Positions 1-13,407 of a stretch of DNA of 64,000 nucleotides are shown here, in pieces. Position numbers and translations under genes: made by a program. Source of the stretch: Mobula birostris (lineage: Eukaryota). Numbering within the stretch: position 1 is the stretch's first letter; each line of letters begins with the position of its first letter. Under the pieces are notes generated by a model. It made no database searches, was not told the origin of the DNA, and was given only the letters and a program-made list of their open reading frames with translations. The stretch is from the NCBI RefSeq assembly GCF_030028105.1, contig NC_092374.1, positions 197,279,345-197,343,344 of the forward strand. The letters run 5' to 3'.

Positions 1-2305
1 TCTCAGGGAAAGGTATGGAAGAAATATGGCAAATGTTCAGGGAGTATTTGTGTGCAGTTCTGCACAGGTACGTTCCAATGAGACAGGGAAGTTATGTTAG
101 GGTACAGGAACCATGGTGTACAAAGGCTGTAGTAAATCTAGTCAAGAAGAAAAGAAAAGCTTACCAAAGGTTCAGAGAGCTAGGTAACACTCACAACATG
201 CTGGAGGAACTCAGCAGGTCGGGCAGCATCCATGGGAAAGATCGGTTGACGTTTCGGGTCGGAACCCTTCCCGAAACGTCGACCGATCTTTCCCACGGAT
301 GCTGCCCGACCTGCTGAATTCCTCCAGCGTGTTGTGAGTGTTGCTTTGACCCCAGCATCTGCAGATTATTTTGTGTTCAGAGAGCTAGGTAATGTTAGAG
401 ATCTAGAAGATTATAAGGCTAACAGAAAGGAGCTTAAGAAGGAAATTAGGAGAGCCAGAAAGGGCCATGAGAAGGCCTTGGCGGGCAGGATTAAGGAAAA
501 CCCCAAGGCATTCTACATGTATGTGAAGAGCAAGAGCATGAGATGTGAAAGAATAGGACCTATCAAGTGTGACAGTGGGAAAGTGTGTATGGAACCGGAG
601 GAAATAGCAGAGGTACTTAATGAATACTTTACTTCAGTATTCACTATGGAAAAGGATCTTGGTGATTGTAGTGATGACTTACAGCAGACTGAAAAGCTTG
701 AGCATGTAGATATTAAGAAAGAGGATGTGCTAGAGCTTTTGGAAAGCATCAAGTTGGATAAGTCTCCGGGACCAGATGAGATGTACCCCAGGCTACTGTG
801 GGAGGTGAGGGAGGAGATTGCTGAGCCTCTGGCAATGACCTTTGCATCATCAATGGGGATGGGAGAGGTTCCGGAGGATTGGAGGGTTGCGGATGTTGTT
901 CCCTTATTCAAGAAAGGGAGTAGAGATAGCCCGGGAAGTTGTAGACCAGTGAGTCTCACCTCAGTGGTTGGTAAGTTGATGGAGAAGATCCTGAGAGGCA
1001 GGATCTATGAACATTTGGAGAGGTATAATATGATTAGGAATAGTCAGCATGGCTTTGTTGAGAGCAGGTCATGCCTTACGAACCTGACTGAATTTTTTGA
1101 GGATGTGACTAAACACAATGATGAAGGTAGAGCAGTATATGGATTTCAGCAAGGCATTTGATAAAGGTAACCCATGCCAGGCTTATTGAGAAAGTAAGGA
1201 GGCATGGGATCCAAGGAGACATTGCTTTGTGTATCCAGAACTGGCTTGCCCACAGAAGGCAAAGAGTGGTTGTAGACGGGTCATATTCTGCATGGAGGTC
1301 GGTGACCAGTAGATTGCCTCAGGGATCTGTTCTGGGACCCTTACCCTTCGTGATTTTTATAAATGACCTGGGTGAGGAAGTGGAGGGATGGGTTAGTAAA
1401 TTTGCTGATGACACAAAGGTTGGGGATGTTGTGGATAGTGTGGAGAGCTGTCAGAGGTTACACCGGACATTGATAAGATGCAAAACTGGGCTGAGAAGTG
1501 GCAGATGGAGTTCAACCCAGATAAGTGTGAAGTGGTTCATTTTGGTTGGTCAAATATGATGGCAGAATATAATATTAATGGTAAGGCTCTTGGCAGTGTG
1601 GAGAATCAGAGGGATCTTGCGGTCTGAGTCCATAGGACACTCAAAGCAGCTGCGCAGGGTGACTCTGTGGTTAAGAAGGCATACAGTGTATTGGCATTCA
1701 TCAATCATGGAATTGAATTTAGGAGCCAAGAGGTAATGTTGCAGCTATACAGGACCCTGGTCATACCCCACTTGGAGTACTGTGCTCAATTCTGGTCGCC
1801 TCACTACAGAAAGGATGTGGAAACCATAGAAAGGGTGCAGAGGAGATTTACAAGGGTGTTTCCTAGATTGGGGAGCATGCCTTATGAGAATAGGTTGAGT
1901 GAACTCGGCCTTTTCTCCTTGGATCGATGGAGGATGAGAGGTGACCTGATAGAGGTGTACAAGATGATGAGAGGCGTTGATCGTGTGGATAGTCAGAGGC
2001 TTTTTCCCAGGGCTGAAATGGTTGCCACAAGAGGACACAGGTTTAAGGTGCTTGGAAGTAGGTACAGAGGAGATGTCGGGGTAAGTTCTTTTACTCAGAG
2101 TGGTGAGTGCGTGGAACGGGCTGCTGACAACAGTGGTGAAGGCAGATACCATAGGGTCTTTTAAGAGATTTTTGGATAGGTACATGGAGCTGAGAACAAT
2201 AAAGGGCTATGAGTAAGCCTAATAATTTCTAAGGTAGGGACATGTTCGACACAGCTTTGTGGGCCAAAGGGACTGTATAGTACTGTAGGTTTTCTATGTT
2301 TCTAT
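1..2305 (+). mobile_element. CR1/HER1-type LINE, ORF2 (RT) 3' part, frameshifted, with 3' UTR and (TTTCTATG)n tail
   Basis: ORFs 334-1161, 1158-1559 and 1667-2164 give CR1 RT motifs KSPGPD, YRPVSLTS-like, PQGSVLGP, FADDTK, PHLEYCAQFWSP and RGDLIEVYK. The tail repeat is at about 2290-2305. Confidence 0.93.
188..374. mobile_element. Penelope-derived fold-back insertion inside the CR1 LINE
   Basis: Long inverted repeat flanked by an 18-bp target-site duplication GTTCAGAGAGCTAGGTAA at 170-187 and 375-392. Confidence 0.85.
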
Positions 2306-2309
2306 GAAT

Positions 2310-2725
2310 CATTGAATGTGTGTTTTTAGGCTTCTGTACCTCCTTCCTGATGGTATCAATGAGTAGAGGGCACGTCCTGGGTGATGGGGGCCCCTAATGA
2401 TGGATACTGCCCTTTAGAGGCACCACTTCTCGAAGATGTCCTGGATACTCTGCTGCCCATGATGGAGGTGACTAATTTTACAACTCTCTGCAGCCCATTT
2501 CAATCCTGTACCTAGCCTTTCTTCCCTATACCAGTCAGTTAGAATGCTGACCATGGTACATCTGTAGAAATTTGAGAGTGTTTTTGCCAATATACCAGAT
2601 CTCCTCAAACTCCTAATGAAATACAGCCACTGTCTTTCCTTCTTTATAGCTGCATCAACATGTTGGGACCAGATTAGATCCTCAGAGATCTTGACACCCA
2701 GGAACTTGAAATTAACTATTTGCAT
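2310..2725 (-). mobile_element. L2/CR1-group LINE 3' fragment
   Basis: ORF 2414-2725 has FKFLGVKISEDL-W and LSNFYRCT motifs, typical of the RT C-terminus. Related fragments lie at about 3785-4350, 10890-11440, 25110-25440 and 36885-37250. Confidence 0.75.
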
Positions 2726-2999
2726 TATGACTGTCGATAAATGACAATTGATGATGTGCTAATGTCAACTAAAAAACAACATGCACATCAAGAAAACAAA
2801 TATCTGAAAACTGACTTCTTTCCCCATCTGTCCCAGATCTGTGAAATATTAACTGTTTCTTTCTCCATGGGTGCTACCTGACCAGCAGAGTGTTTCCAGA
2901 CTCAAAAGTAAGAACATGCTTGCGAGATGGAAAATGAAGGCAATGGTTCTGAAAGACAAAATACTAAGTGTTAAAGATTCCCCAGACTCACAGAGGGCA

Positions 3000-3360
3000 A
3001 CAGTGTGGAGATATGTCTCTATAAAAGAAGGTGTAAGATGTCCCTCCCTGCAGGTCACCTTTGGGCAAGGTACAGCACCTGCTTATCCCCCAATCAGGGT
3101 CACATGAAGACGTGGGAGCAAGGGTTGGATGGTTGTATGAGGAATTGCTGCATATCACAAGTCCTGGTTATGCAACCACTGACGCCAGGCAGACAATCTC
3201 TGATGAGCACTGATAATGGCTGGCATCACCCATCTTGTAAAGTCTCTGCTCAGAAGAAGGTAATGGCAAACCACTTCTGCAGAAAAATTTGTCAAGAACG
3301 ATCATGGAATGGAAAGACCACGATCGTCTACAACATGGCACATAACGAACGAGCGAATGA
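3000..3360 (+). mobile_element. SINE-like element with RTE-type 3' tail
   Basis: The tail GAAGGTAATGGCAAACCACTTCTG...AAGACCACGATCG resembles RTE LINE 3' ends. A similar tail is at 41780-41870. Confidence 0.5.
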
Positions 3361-4781
3361 CCAGACATAGTGACAGACACAGTTAAAGTGAACTAAGGAA
3401 CAGGTCCCTTGACCACCCTGGTGAAGACTGGATGTCTGTTAACAAGCAAAGCGTCAGAGAGTGTCCATTTTCAGATGCAGGAGGTGGACCTCACTGAGCC
3501 AATTTGTACCAAGTACATCAGCAGATGGTCAATCATTTAAATGTCCATGCAAACATCAGAAAATGAGTAAAATTGTTATGACTAGGGAAGTGTAGAGGTT
3601 CCTCAAGAATGCAGTTACTCAGTGCCTAGCCTGTGAGATATGCAATGCTCTCGAAAAAGTTTATACCACAAAATAATAACAGTCGTACACTACTTCAACA
3701 GCACTGTTCCAAAACGTCTGTGACACCTGATGTTTTCCCTGCTTTATTCCACAGTATCAAACCCAATCTGCCATCTGGTCCCTCTTCAAAGTTCAAAGTA
3801 AATTTGTTATTAAAGTACACACAGTATATCTTACCATATACTACCCCAAGATTCATTTTCTTGAAAGCATTTACAGGGAAAAAGGAAATTCAATAGAATT
3901 TTATGAAAAAACTATATACAAACAGATGAGGACGGATAGCCAATTCGCAAAAGAAGAAAAATAAAAATAATATTGAGAACTTAAGTCTGCAGTTGTGCAA
4001 TCAGTTCTGAGTAGGTGTTTGAAGTTTTCACCAATATGGGAGCCTGATAGTTGAGGGGTAATAACTGTCCCTGAATCTGGTGCTGTGGGACCCAAGGCTT
4101 CTGTACCTCCTGCCCGATGGTACTAGTGAGAAGAGAGAATGGACGAGATGGAGGGAGTCCTTGATGACGGATGCTGCTTTCTTGTGGCAGTGTTCCATGT
4201 AAATGTGTTTAACAGTGGGGCGGGATTTCATTGTGATGCACTGGACTGCATCTACTATTTTCTGCAGCCTTTTCAGTTCCTGAGCATTGGTGTTTCAATA
4301 CCAATTGAAACCAGTTAATATACTCTGCATTTACAGAAGTTTGTCAAAGTCTTATTAGTCATCCTGTTATGACAACACCTTGTAATCATTCCATCAGGTC
4401 AGGTGTAATCTAGGTGTTACAGAACTCCACACGATAAAAACAAAATAACCGATTAGACCTCAACTACTGTTTTCTGACACTCATTGGAAGTGTTGCAGGG
4501 TTAAAATCATTCCATTTACATCAAGTATGTCAATATCAAGACTAATTTGTGAGTTTGAAATACCATATGTCAGTTTATTCTAAAAAGGAAACAGTAATTT
4601 CATGGACAGAGATAAGGGAGATTCTGCAGAAGCTGGAAGTTAAACAATACACACAAAATGCAGGTGAACTCAGCAGGTCGGCAAGATCCACACAGAATGC
4701 TGAGGAAATCAGCAGGCCAGTCAGCATCTATGGGAAAGAGTCATCGACGTTTCAGGCTGAGATCCTTCATCATTAGTCTGG

Positions 4782-4782
<1 letters not shown>

Positions 4783-4838
<56 letters not shown>
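4783..4838. repeat. (TG)n microsatellite inside a Penelope-derived element (about 4615-4875)
   Basis: Perfect TG run seen directly. Confidence 0.95.
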
Positions 4839-4840
<2 letters not shown>

Positions 4841-7800
4841 GCTTTGGATTTCCAGTATCTGCAGATTTTTTTTGATGTTAGCAAGATCTATGGAGTGAAA
4901 CGAACAGTCAATATTTGTCGTCAATAACTCCAGATATTTCGCATTCCTCCTCCTTTCAGGGAACTCCAAAATAGTGGGTCATGGGAGTTTCAATTTGCCA
5001 AGTTTTTTTTTTAAAACACTGGTCATGACCCCAGATACAAGGAAACTCCAACAATCACCTGGACCTTTATACAGTCAAACAGGAATTATTGCATCACAAA
5101 GGAAACCATTGGTTAGAAAGTCTGTTAAAAGTAAATTCATCTTAACGTGTTCATTGTGAGTCATCACACAGGTTTAACAGCTCTGCAGGAGCACAACGTG
5201 CATTCCATTTACTTACGATATTAAGAAATCATAGCTTGAGTATCATTACATAAAACAGGAGGACTGTGACAAGTGCTTTCCCTTACAGGAGCATGGGGCA
5301 GTACATCACATGCCAATGCATCTATGTCCAGATGACAGAACTCAGTGCCCATTAAATGGATGAACATCTGATGGTGTACTATTGCCCAATTCATCGTAGT
5401 AACATGAACAGAGATGGTAAAGTCTGTTCCGCCTACAGATTGAAGATTCAAGATTGTCATCCTCCAGTACCCCATTGTAAAGGAGAATGAAATGATCATT
5501 ACTCTAGATCCGATGCAGCTTAAAAAAACACAAAAGCACAAAGAACGCAATAAAATAGAAAAAAATACAATAAATCTCAATATAAAAGCAATCCTATAAA
5601 TCACACAATGTATGAATAACTGTTTAAGTGTAACTATATATGATATGTTTATATACATAGACAGATTGTATGTACATAAAGTGATGCCAGGTAGTGGTGG
5701 GGGGGGGTATTGATGGAGGGGTGGCCTTTAATGGGTGGAGATGTTGATCAGCCTGATGGCTTGGAGTATCTCACCCTTTCATTTCCAGTTCTGATGAAGC
5801 GTCTTGACCCAAAGCATCAATGATTATTCATTTCCACAGCTGCTGCCTGTCCTGCTGAATTCCTCCAGCATTTTTCATGTGTAGCTCTGGATTTCGAGCA
5901 TCTGCAGGATCGCTTGTGTTTGTGGCTTGGGGGAAGTAACTGTTTTCAAGTCTAGCGGTCTTGGCATGGATGTTGTGTATCCTCTTCCCTGATGAGAGTG
6001 AAGCAAACAGTCCATAAGCAGGATGATATTTCTGGCCTTTTCCTGTATATTTGTCCTTAATGGCAGGTAGGCTCATGCCAGTGATCCTTTGGGCAGTTCT
6101 TAACTACCTGTTGTAGAGTCCAAGGATACTCACACAAGGATCACTCCCTTTAATGAGATTAAGGCGACGTAAGCCTCACAAATAAACATGATTAAACACT
6201 GCTTTGAGGACAGCTTTAACTTCAACCCACCTGTCAGGAAACTGAGATATAGATTGTAGCTTACCAATTTGCTCTCTGCTGAAGTCATTGGAGTGACAGT
6301 AGGTGGTCTTTCTAGTAAAATTGATATTTCATCCGATTCCACAGGAATCTCACTTGGCTTAACACTATCCACGACCAAGAAAATAGGGAATTATGAGAAC
6401 AAAACCCATTGTCAACTGTGTTGGGGATTATCATGTTGCCAAACCAACTTTTAAAAGACATTATGGCATTAATAATTCCACATTAAAGATACACCAGAGC
6501 AACTAAAGCTATTTTATTGTAGGAATAAGCCATAGACAGCATGGTACATTCAGCAATATCTGGAATCCTAGTATCTAGAAGCATATGATATTGGTATTTT
6601 TGTAGGGTTATATTATGAACTGAAAACATTAATTTTCCAATATACTTACCATATTTTAAAACATGTAAATTTTGTCTTATTGTACAGTGCAAGTAAGGCC
6701 TGTGTTGCTATTAAAGCAGAACTTCTGGAAATACTCAGCATGTCAGACAACATCTTTGGAGCAAAAATCAAAGGTCAATGTTTTCAATAAATGTCCCTGA
6801 GTACTTGCATCACTGGCTTCAATTCAGATTTTCAGCATTTTTAGTTCATTTTCCATTACTTGTATTAATAATGTTCTTTTCATCTCCAAATGTCACTAAG
6901 TATGTTTATATCAGTCTCATTAGTTTACAAATGTAACTCATATTTTCAATGCCTAAATCCGAAGCCACTTTATTTCCATCCAAGTTCAAACAGTGTTAAT
7001 TCAGAGTTAATAATGGCCAAGATATTAAGAGAGTTCAGCAGTTCTTCTATAAAAAGGACATGTGAGCATTTACCTCCAGAAGAGAGAGTAGATAAGATCT
7101 TGTTTCATATTAAGGAACACACGTTCAACCATATAGTACTCCTGTTACACTACAGTGAAACACATCCCAGGTATCATGGAACTAAACCTGTTTTACTAAA
7201 GAAAATTAGATTTCACCATGAATAATTATGGTGGTAGAGAATTATTGAACTTAATTGTTCTGAATTGGATGGTGAATACTACGAGAGATGATCACAATGA
7301 GTTCAATTTTGAGGCTCTTTCTTTGGAGAAAGCCAATTCATTTATAGTTAAGCTTTATGGGGATTCAATATAATCAATTGGAAATGTTGAGACCTTTTAA
7401 ATATTATTTTGAACAGAAACACGATAATAATGCTTTAAGTACTTTGGGCTTATTATTGCACAAAAGGTCACTCAGTCCATCGGGTCCACGCCTGCCACTT
7501 GCAGAGTTCCGTTCACCCTCTTCTTATTTTCTCTATACTCATACCACTAATGATCTCACGTGCTCACCAATTACCTGATTAAGGCATTTCAGTAGTTGAG
7601 TTTAATAGAGAGATTATTTTACACTATTGATGAGGAAATTAAATTGTCTCAAGGTTGACAAGACCTTTAAAACTTCAGGAGTGGAATAACATTCACTGGC
7701 TCAGTCCCAACAGACTGCAAGTAACAGTGCTAATTGTAATCAAGAGATTCAATTAAAGGGTTTCAGCTTACAAAAAAATTAACTCTTTATTCCTTTCCAT

Positions 7801-9125
7801 CGATGCTGCCTGACCTGCTGAGTTCCTCCAGAATTTTGCGTGTGTTTCTTTAGATTAGATCATTGTGAAATTCCTTGATCAGACAAAGTTCACAGAGTAA
7901 GGTGTGTACATGGTAATAATAAATACACAAAGCAACAGAGTGGTGGAAAGATTGTAGAGCAAGATAAAAATACGACAGTGACAGCATCAGAATAACTGGG
8001 AGTTTGGACTAAACATTCCAGTAAAAGAACATGGCGACACCTTCAAAAAAAGGTGTGTGAAAGAGCAGATTGAATCTGAAGACACAAGAGACTGCAGATG
8101 CTGTAGTTTGGAGCAACAAAGTGTTGGAAAACTATTGATGTTTTGGGTCGAAATTCTGTATTAGGACTTGGGATTATGTTCCGATAGCAGTGAGGAATAA
8201 TATGTTTGCAAATTTGTCGAAGTTCAAAGTAAATATATTAAGTAATCATGAATAGGTCATCATTCACTACCCCGAGATTCATCTTCTTGCATACATTTAC
8301 AGTAGAACAAAGAAATACAAAAGGATCAATGAAAAAGTACAAATACTGACAAACAACTAATATACAAAATATGACAAACTGTGCCAATACAAAAACTAGA
8401 TAATACTGTAGACATAAGTTGTGGAGTCATTCAAAGTGAGTGCAGGATTATGGAATCAATTCACTGTTGAAGTGAGTGGAGTCATCCGCGGTGGTTCAGG
8501 AGCCTGATGTTTGGTGTTTTAATAACCGAGCTTGAGCGTGTTGGTTTTCAAACTCTCCTACATTCTCCTAGAAGGGAGAAAAGGGAATAGCGAGAGTTGA
8601 AGGGATCCCTGACGATATCTTTGTGCATCTCCACAGTCCCGAAGCATCACAGGGTGAAGATACACAAAGCACTCGGGAAACTCGGCGGGACAGGCATGCT
8701 GGAAAATGGACAGTCGACCCCTCGGAACCCGAAACATCGACTGTCTATTTCCATCTACAGATGCTGCCTTGCCCGCTAGGTCATTTTAGCTTCTTGTCTA
8801 TCGTGCGAGAGCCAAGTATTTTCAGTGCTTTGTGCCTGAAATGTGAAATTGGACTGGTTGGAAAGAAGGAAGAGACAAGTTTTGCGATATCTGTGTAACC
8901 CAGGAAACCAACCAAATAAATCAGGTTGGTATATTTACAGCCAGGATTAGGTGGGAAGCCCCAGCCCGTGCTAAACCGGGTCAGGTAACCCCGGGGGATC
9001 CGGGCTTTGTCCACGTCTCCGCTCTGCGCCGACGCGGCGAGCTGCCTCCACAACGTCCGCTTTGGGTCTCTATAAGGGGGAGGTTGCGGGGGGCGGCTTC
9101 ATTTGTTACGACGTTGTCGGGAGAT

Positions 9126-9662
9126 ATGGCTGACAGTGCAGATATGCCCAAGGCGGACTTGCCGTCCGCTGCCGTTGACGCCGTCACTGTATTCGGGCCT
9201 CCTGTCTCTCCGGCGACCTGCATCACGTTACCACCCGTGACCAAGAAGAAAAGTTCCTATCGCCCGGCGCAATCCGGTTCGGCGATGGCCGAGCAGATAC
9301 TGGAGGCGGTAGCCGCCACCAAAGAGCGGCAAACTCCCAAGCTGGGCGCTGTCAAGAAGGTCATCTCGGCAGCCGGCTACGGCGCGGAGAAAACGGTTGC
9401 TCCGCCTGGACAGTCGGCGAAGTCGTACGCCAGCAAAGACTCGGCGCAATGTGGCGCGGAGGGTAGCCTGGCAACCTCGTCACAACAAAAGGTTGATGGG
9501 GCCTCCCGAGAGAAGTCACAGGCCAGGAAAAGGCCGGCCAAAAACACACGCAAAAATGCCAAAGGGCGAAAAAAGGCTGAAAAGTTGACGCCGATGCTGA
9601 GAAGACCACGAAAACGCCGTGCCGTGTCCAGGACTGTGAGGGGCAGGGCTCGAAGAAAGTAG
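9126..9662 (+). CDS. Divergent histone H1-like protein (178 aa) with Arg-rich C-tail
   Basis: Intronless GC-rich ORF MADSADMPK... with H1 helix 1/2 motif AEQILEAVAATKER...VKKVISAAGY. TATAA lies near 9071 and a histone-type stem-loop is at 9688-9703. Confidence 0.8.
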   Translation: MADSADMPKADLPSAAVDAVTVFGPPVSPATCITLPPVTKKKSSYRPAQSGSAMAEQILEAVAATKERQTPKLGAVKKVISAAGYGAEKTVAPPGQSAKSYASKDSAQCGAEGSLATSSQQKVDGASREKSQARKRPAKNTRKNAKGRKKAEKLTPMLRRPRKRRAVSRTVRGRARRK

Positions 9663-9687
9663 ACGTCAAGTCAACATCGATGCCAAC

Positions 9688-9703
9688 GGTTCTTGTCAGG
9701 ACC
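9688..9703 (+). terminator. Histone mRNA 3' stem-loop (variant loop TGTC)
   Basis: GGTTCT-TGTC-AGGACC, 25 nt after the stop and preceded by CCAAC. Confidence 0.7.
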
Positions 9704-10319
9704 TCGCAATTTTACTTTTAAAAGCCGTTTCTCATTAATTTTCACTGGAGCCTGATTAATTATGGAATTTATCTTAGCAAAGTACTAGCAAGTTTAATTT
9801 ACTTAAAAATAGGTTGCTGCAATAAACCTAAGATGATGCTCCTTAACGTGTAAGAGTATTTCTGATTTTATTGGGTGGTTGTGTACATTCTGACATCTCA
9901 GAAAACCAATACATAATAGAAGTGAGATCAAAATCACAACAACGTTTTCAAACATTTTGTTTCAATTTCCATCGGTTATACAGTGCACATTTAAAATAGA
10001 TCAGAATGAGGAAAATGCTACGTATACGGGAATCAAAATATCAAACAGGATTGGAAGGGGGGAATACCATTCGAGTGATATAAATTATCATTTAAAATTG
10101 ATGTCTACAATGTCAATTCACACTTGAAATCTGGAAAGGTAAATCATTTTTTAAAAGTTGGGAGTTCTGTGAATGCTTTCCTGAGCATTTTAAAAGCAAA
10201 ATTAATATTCCGTAGTGGGCGAGATGCTACGCTGACGCGAACAAGACGCTACTCGCCGCTGATTGGAGCGCGCCTCCAAATGAAACCGCAAAAGACAATT
10301 GGCTTAAATTTGGATATTA

Positions 10320-10510
10320 GCCAATAGAAACATCTGATGGCTGAATCCTTCATTAGCATGAAACAGCCTACAACTAGCATAACAACGACCTTTTGTTGAA
10401 GTCAGCAGTATGTGGGGGCTGTAGAAGGTGACGGTGAAGGGTATCGTGTCTAGAAAGGCATCGAAGCAGTCAACAAAGTCATCAAAAACTTTGAAAGAAA
10501 AGATATACAG
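10320..10510 (+). pseudogene. Relic of H2B promoter and 5' coding end
   Basis: CCAAT (10321) and octamer-like CATTAGCAT are present. The leader AAGTCAGCAG matches the H2B leaders at 50330/52052. ATG 10410 is followed by an early TAG, then KGIVSRKASKQSTKSSK. Confidence 0.45.
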
Positions 10511-10639
10511 AGCGCTGTCTCAGGTTCCAGCTCTCTGGCATTACCTGCAATTTCAAAGAATTTGTTAAAATCTGTTGCAGACATAATGAAATGAAATATT
10601 GGATTACCATCCTTCCCTAAATCTCCCATCTACACTTCA

Positions 10640-10890
10640 CTCATTGCAAATGGAATGTTAGCATTCATTTCAAGAGCTCTAGAATACAGGAGCAGGGATG
10701 TGATGCTAAGGCTTTATGAGACACTGGTGAGGCCTCACCTTGAGTATTGTGAACAGTTTTGGGCTCCTCATCTAAAGAGATGTGCTGGCATTGAAGAGGG
10801 TTCAGAGGAGGTTCACAAGGATGATTCTGGGTTACACGAGGAATTTTGATGGCTCTGGATCTGTACTCGCTGGAATTTAGAAGGATAAGG
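10640..10890 (+). mobile_element. CR1 LINE fragment
   Basis: MLAFISR...LVRPHLEYCEQFWAP. Confidence 0.85.
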
Positions 10891-11954
10891 GAATCAGAAT
10901 TAGGTTTATTTTCACCGTCATGTGTCGTGAAATTTGTTAACTTAATAGCAGCAATTCAATGTAATACATAATACATTATAGAAGAAAAAAATAAATAAAA
11001 TAATAATAAATAAGAAAATCAATTAAATAAATTAAAAATCATGCAAAAACAGAAATAATATATATTTAAAAAGTGAGGTAGTGTTCATGGGTTCAAAGTC
11101 CATTTAGGAATTGGATGGCAGAGGGGAAGGAGCTTTTCCTGAATCACTGAGTGTGTGCCTTCCTGCTTCTGTACCTCCTACCTGATGGTAACAGTGAGAA
11201 AAGGGCATGTCCTGGGTGCTGGAGGTCCTTAACAATCGATGCTGCCTTTCTGAGATAAGGCTCCTTGAAGATATCCTGGGTACTTTGTAGGCTAGTACCC
11301 AAGATGGAGCCGACTAAATTTACGACCCTCTGCAACTTCTTTCAGTCCTATGCAATAGCCGCCCACACAAACACAGCCCCTCCCCACCCAATACCAGACA
11401 GTGGTGCAGCCGGTAAGAATGCTCTCCACGGTATATCAGGGTGGTGAATTTGTGGAATTTGTTACCACAGGCAGCTGTGGATGTCGTTGGGTTTATTTAA
11501 GGCAAAGATTGATACGTTTTTGATTGGATAAAGCATCAAAGGCCTTGACCACTAAAATCTGATCTTTTGGACGCATAATATCCTACCAGCCTGAAAAGAC
11601 TGTCATCTGTGATATAAGCACTCAGTTGGATTAGCACATGAAGGCTGGTATAGAACTGAAGCTCTTTATTGTTTACTGGTATTTGTCTCAGTCAGCTTAG
11701 TCTCCTACTACCCCGAAAACTTCCCAGTGCTGTACTTACTGTACTTTCTCATTTTATAAATCAGAGGTGTAAATGAATTACTGCTGCAATGCATTATTTT
11801 AGTAACTAATAAGAGACACACTTCAGTCAAAGTCAATTGTGCACGAATTCTCCAAGGATGTGGATAGTCCGCAGACGGAGGTGCCATGAGAATGATCGAT
11901 TCTGATTGGACCGAATCACTATGCATAGTGCTTTGAAGATGAAGAATAGCAACA

Positions 11955-12450
11955 GAAACTAGCCTATTTAACAGACAGTTTTCATCATATGAACCAGTTA
12001 AACAAGTCTCTGCAAGGCCCTGGAGAAAATGTTTTCACTTCAAGTGACAGAATTCCTGGATTTAAAAGGAAACTCAATTTTTTGAAAGAACATATTGCGA
12101 AAGAAAATCTTGAAATGTTTCCACTGCTGCTTGGGTTTGAGAGTGAGGAAGGATTAGAAAGTCTCGAGTCTGATTGAAAACCTCCAAGATATGTAGAACA
12201 AAATTGAGCAGTACTTTTCCTCCCTTTCAACATAAGTATGACTGGGTGAGGGAATCTTCCGAGAACTGTGCTTCTGCTGTTTTCTTGTTGACCAAGCAAC
12301 AAGAGCAAGGATACAGATTGTCTCATTTCAGTTGAAGGTGAAATCCGCCTGTGCTTATCTCAGGTTCGACCCAGAACTGCGTATTTGTGCAGCAAAAAGT
12401 AGATTTCACATGCTAGGCCTATATGTGAACCTGATCATGTCACTTAGTAA
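11955..12450 (+). mobile_element. hAT (Charlie-like) transposase C-terminal fragment
   Basis: LAYLTD-F-HMNQLNKSLQG...FKRKL...LEMFP motif of hAT transposases. Confidence 0.7.
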
Positions 12451-12940
12451 GAAAGTTCTTTCAGTCTCGCACAAAATTGTCTTAGGCTATATTTTCATTC
12501 ATATTGCCTTGGTTTATGGCTTTTAGTAACCTTACTATTCAATGTTGTCAATACATTTTCATAATCAAAATCAATTTACAACCTTAATCTACCTTTAGAA
12601 AGAATTAAATTCCATTTTGCTTTAATAGTTATTTAACAGAAATCTGTTTGCCTTATTAGTTTTTAAATCTTATGAAAGGGGAGGATTAATTTCAAGGTAA
12701 ACTAAGCTTAAGTACGTTTTTTCAAGGTCGGCTAATAATTTCTTCTCTACTCAAAAGCATTGACAATAAATTTCGGATTATTTTATGTACAATTTACGTA
12801 CCAAGAGCTGTTTTTTTTTAAACGCAGGGGTTCCTCCCGGGCAAAAAGGTTGAGAAAGTTTACACTTTAGATTAGAATGATAAACAGCGGCAAGATTGAT
12901 CAACTTCGTATTACAGCAACTTTCGTCTCAAGAGTTCGGC

Positions 12941-12956
12941 GGCTCTTAAAAGAGCC
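12941..12956 (-). terminator. Histone 3' stem-loop of H3
   Basis: GGCTCTTTTAAGAGCC on the minus strand. Confidence 0.95.
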
Positions 12957-12987
12957 TTTGGGTTTTTCAAACATCGACCTCAGAAAT

Positions 12988-13407
<420 letters not shown>

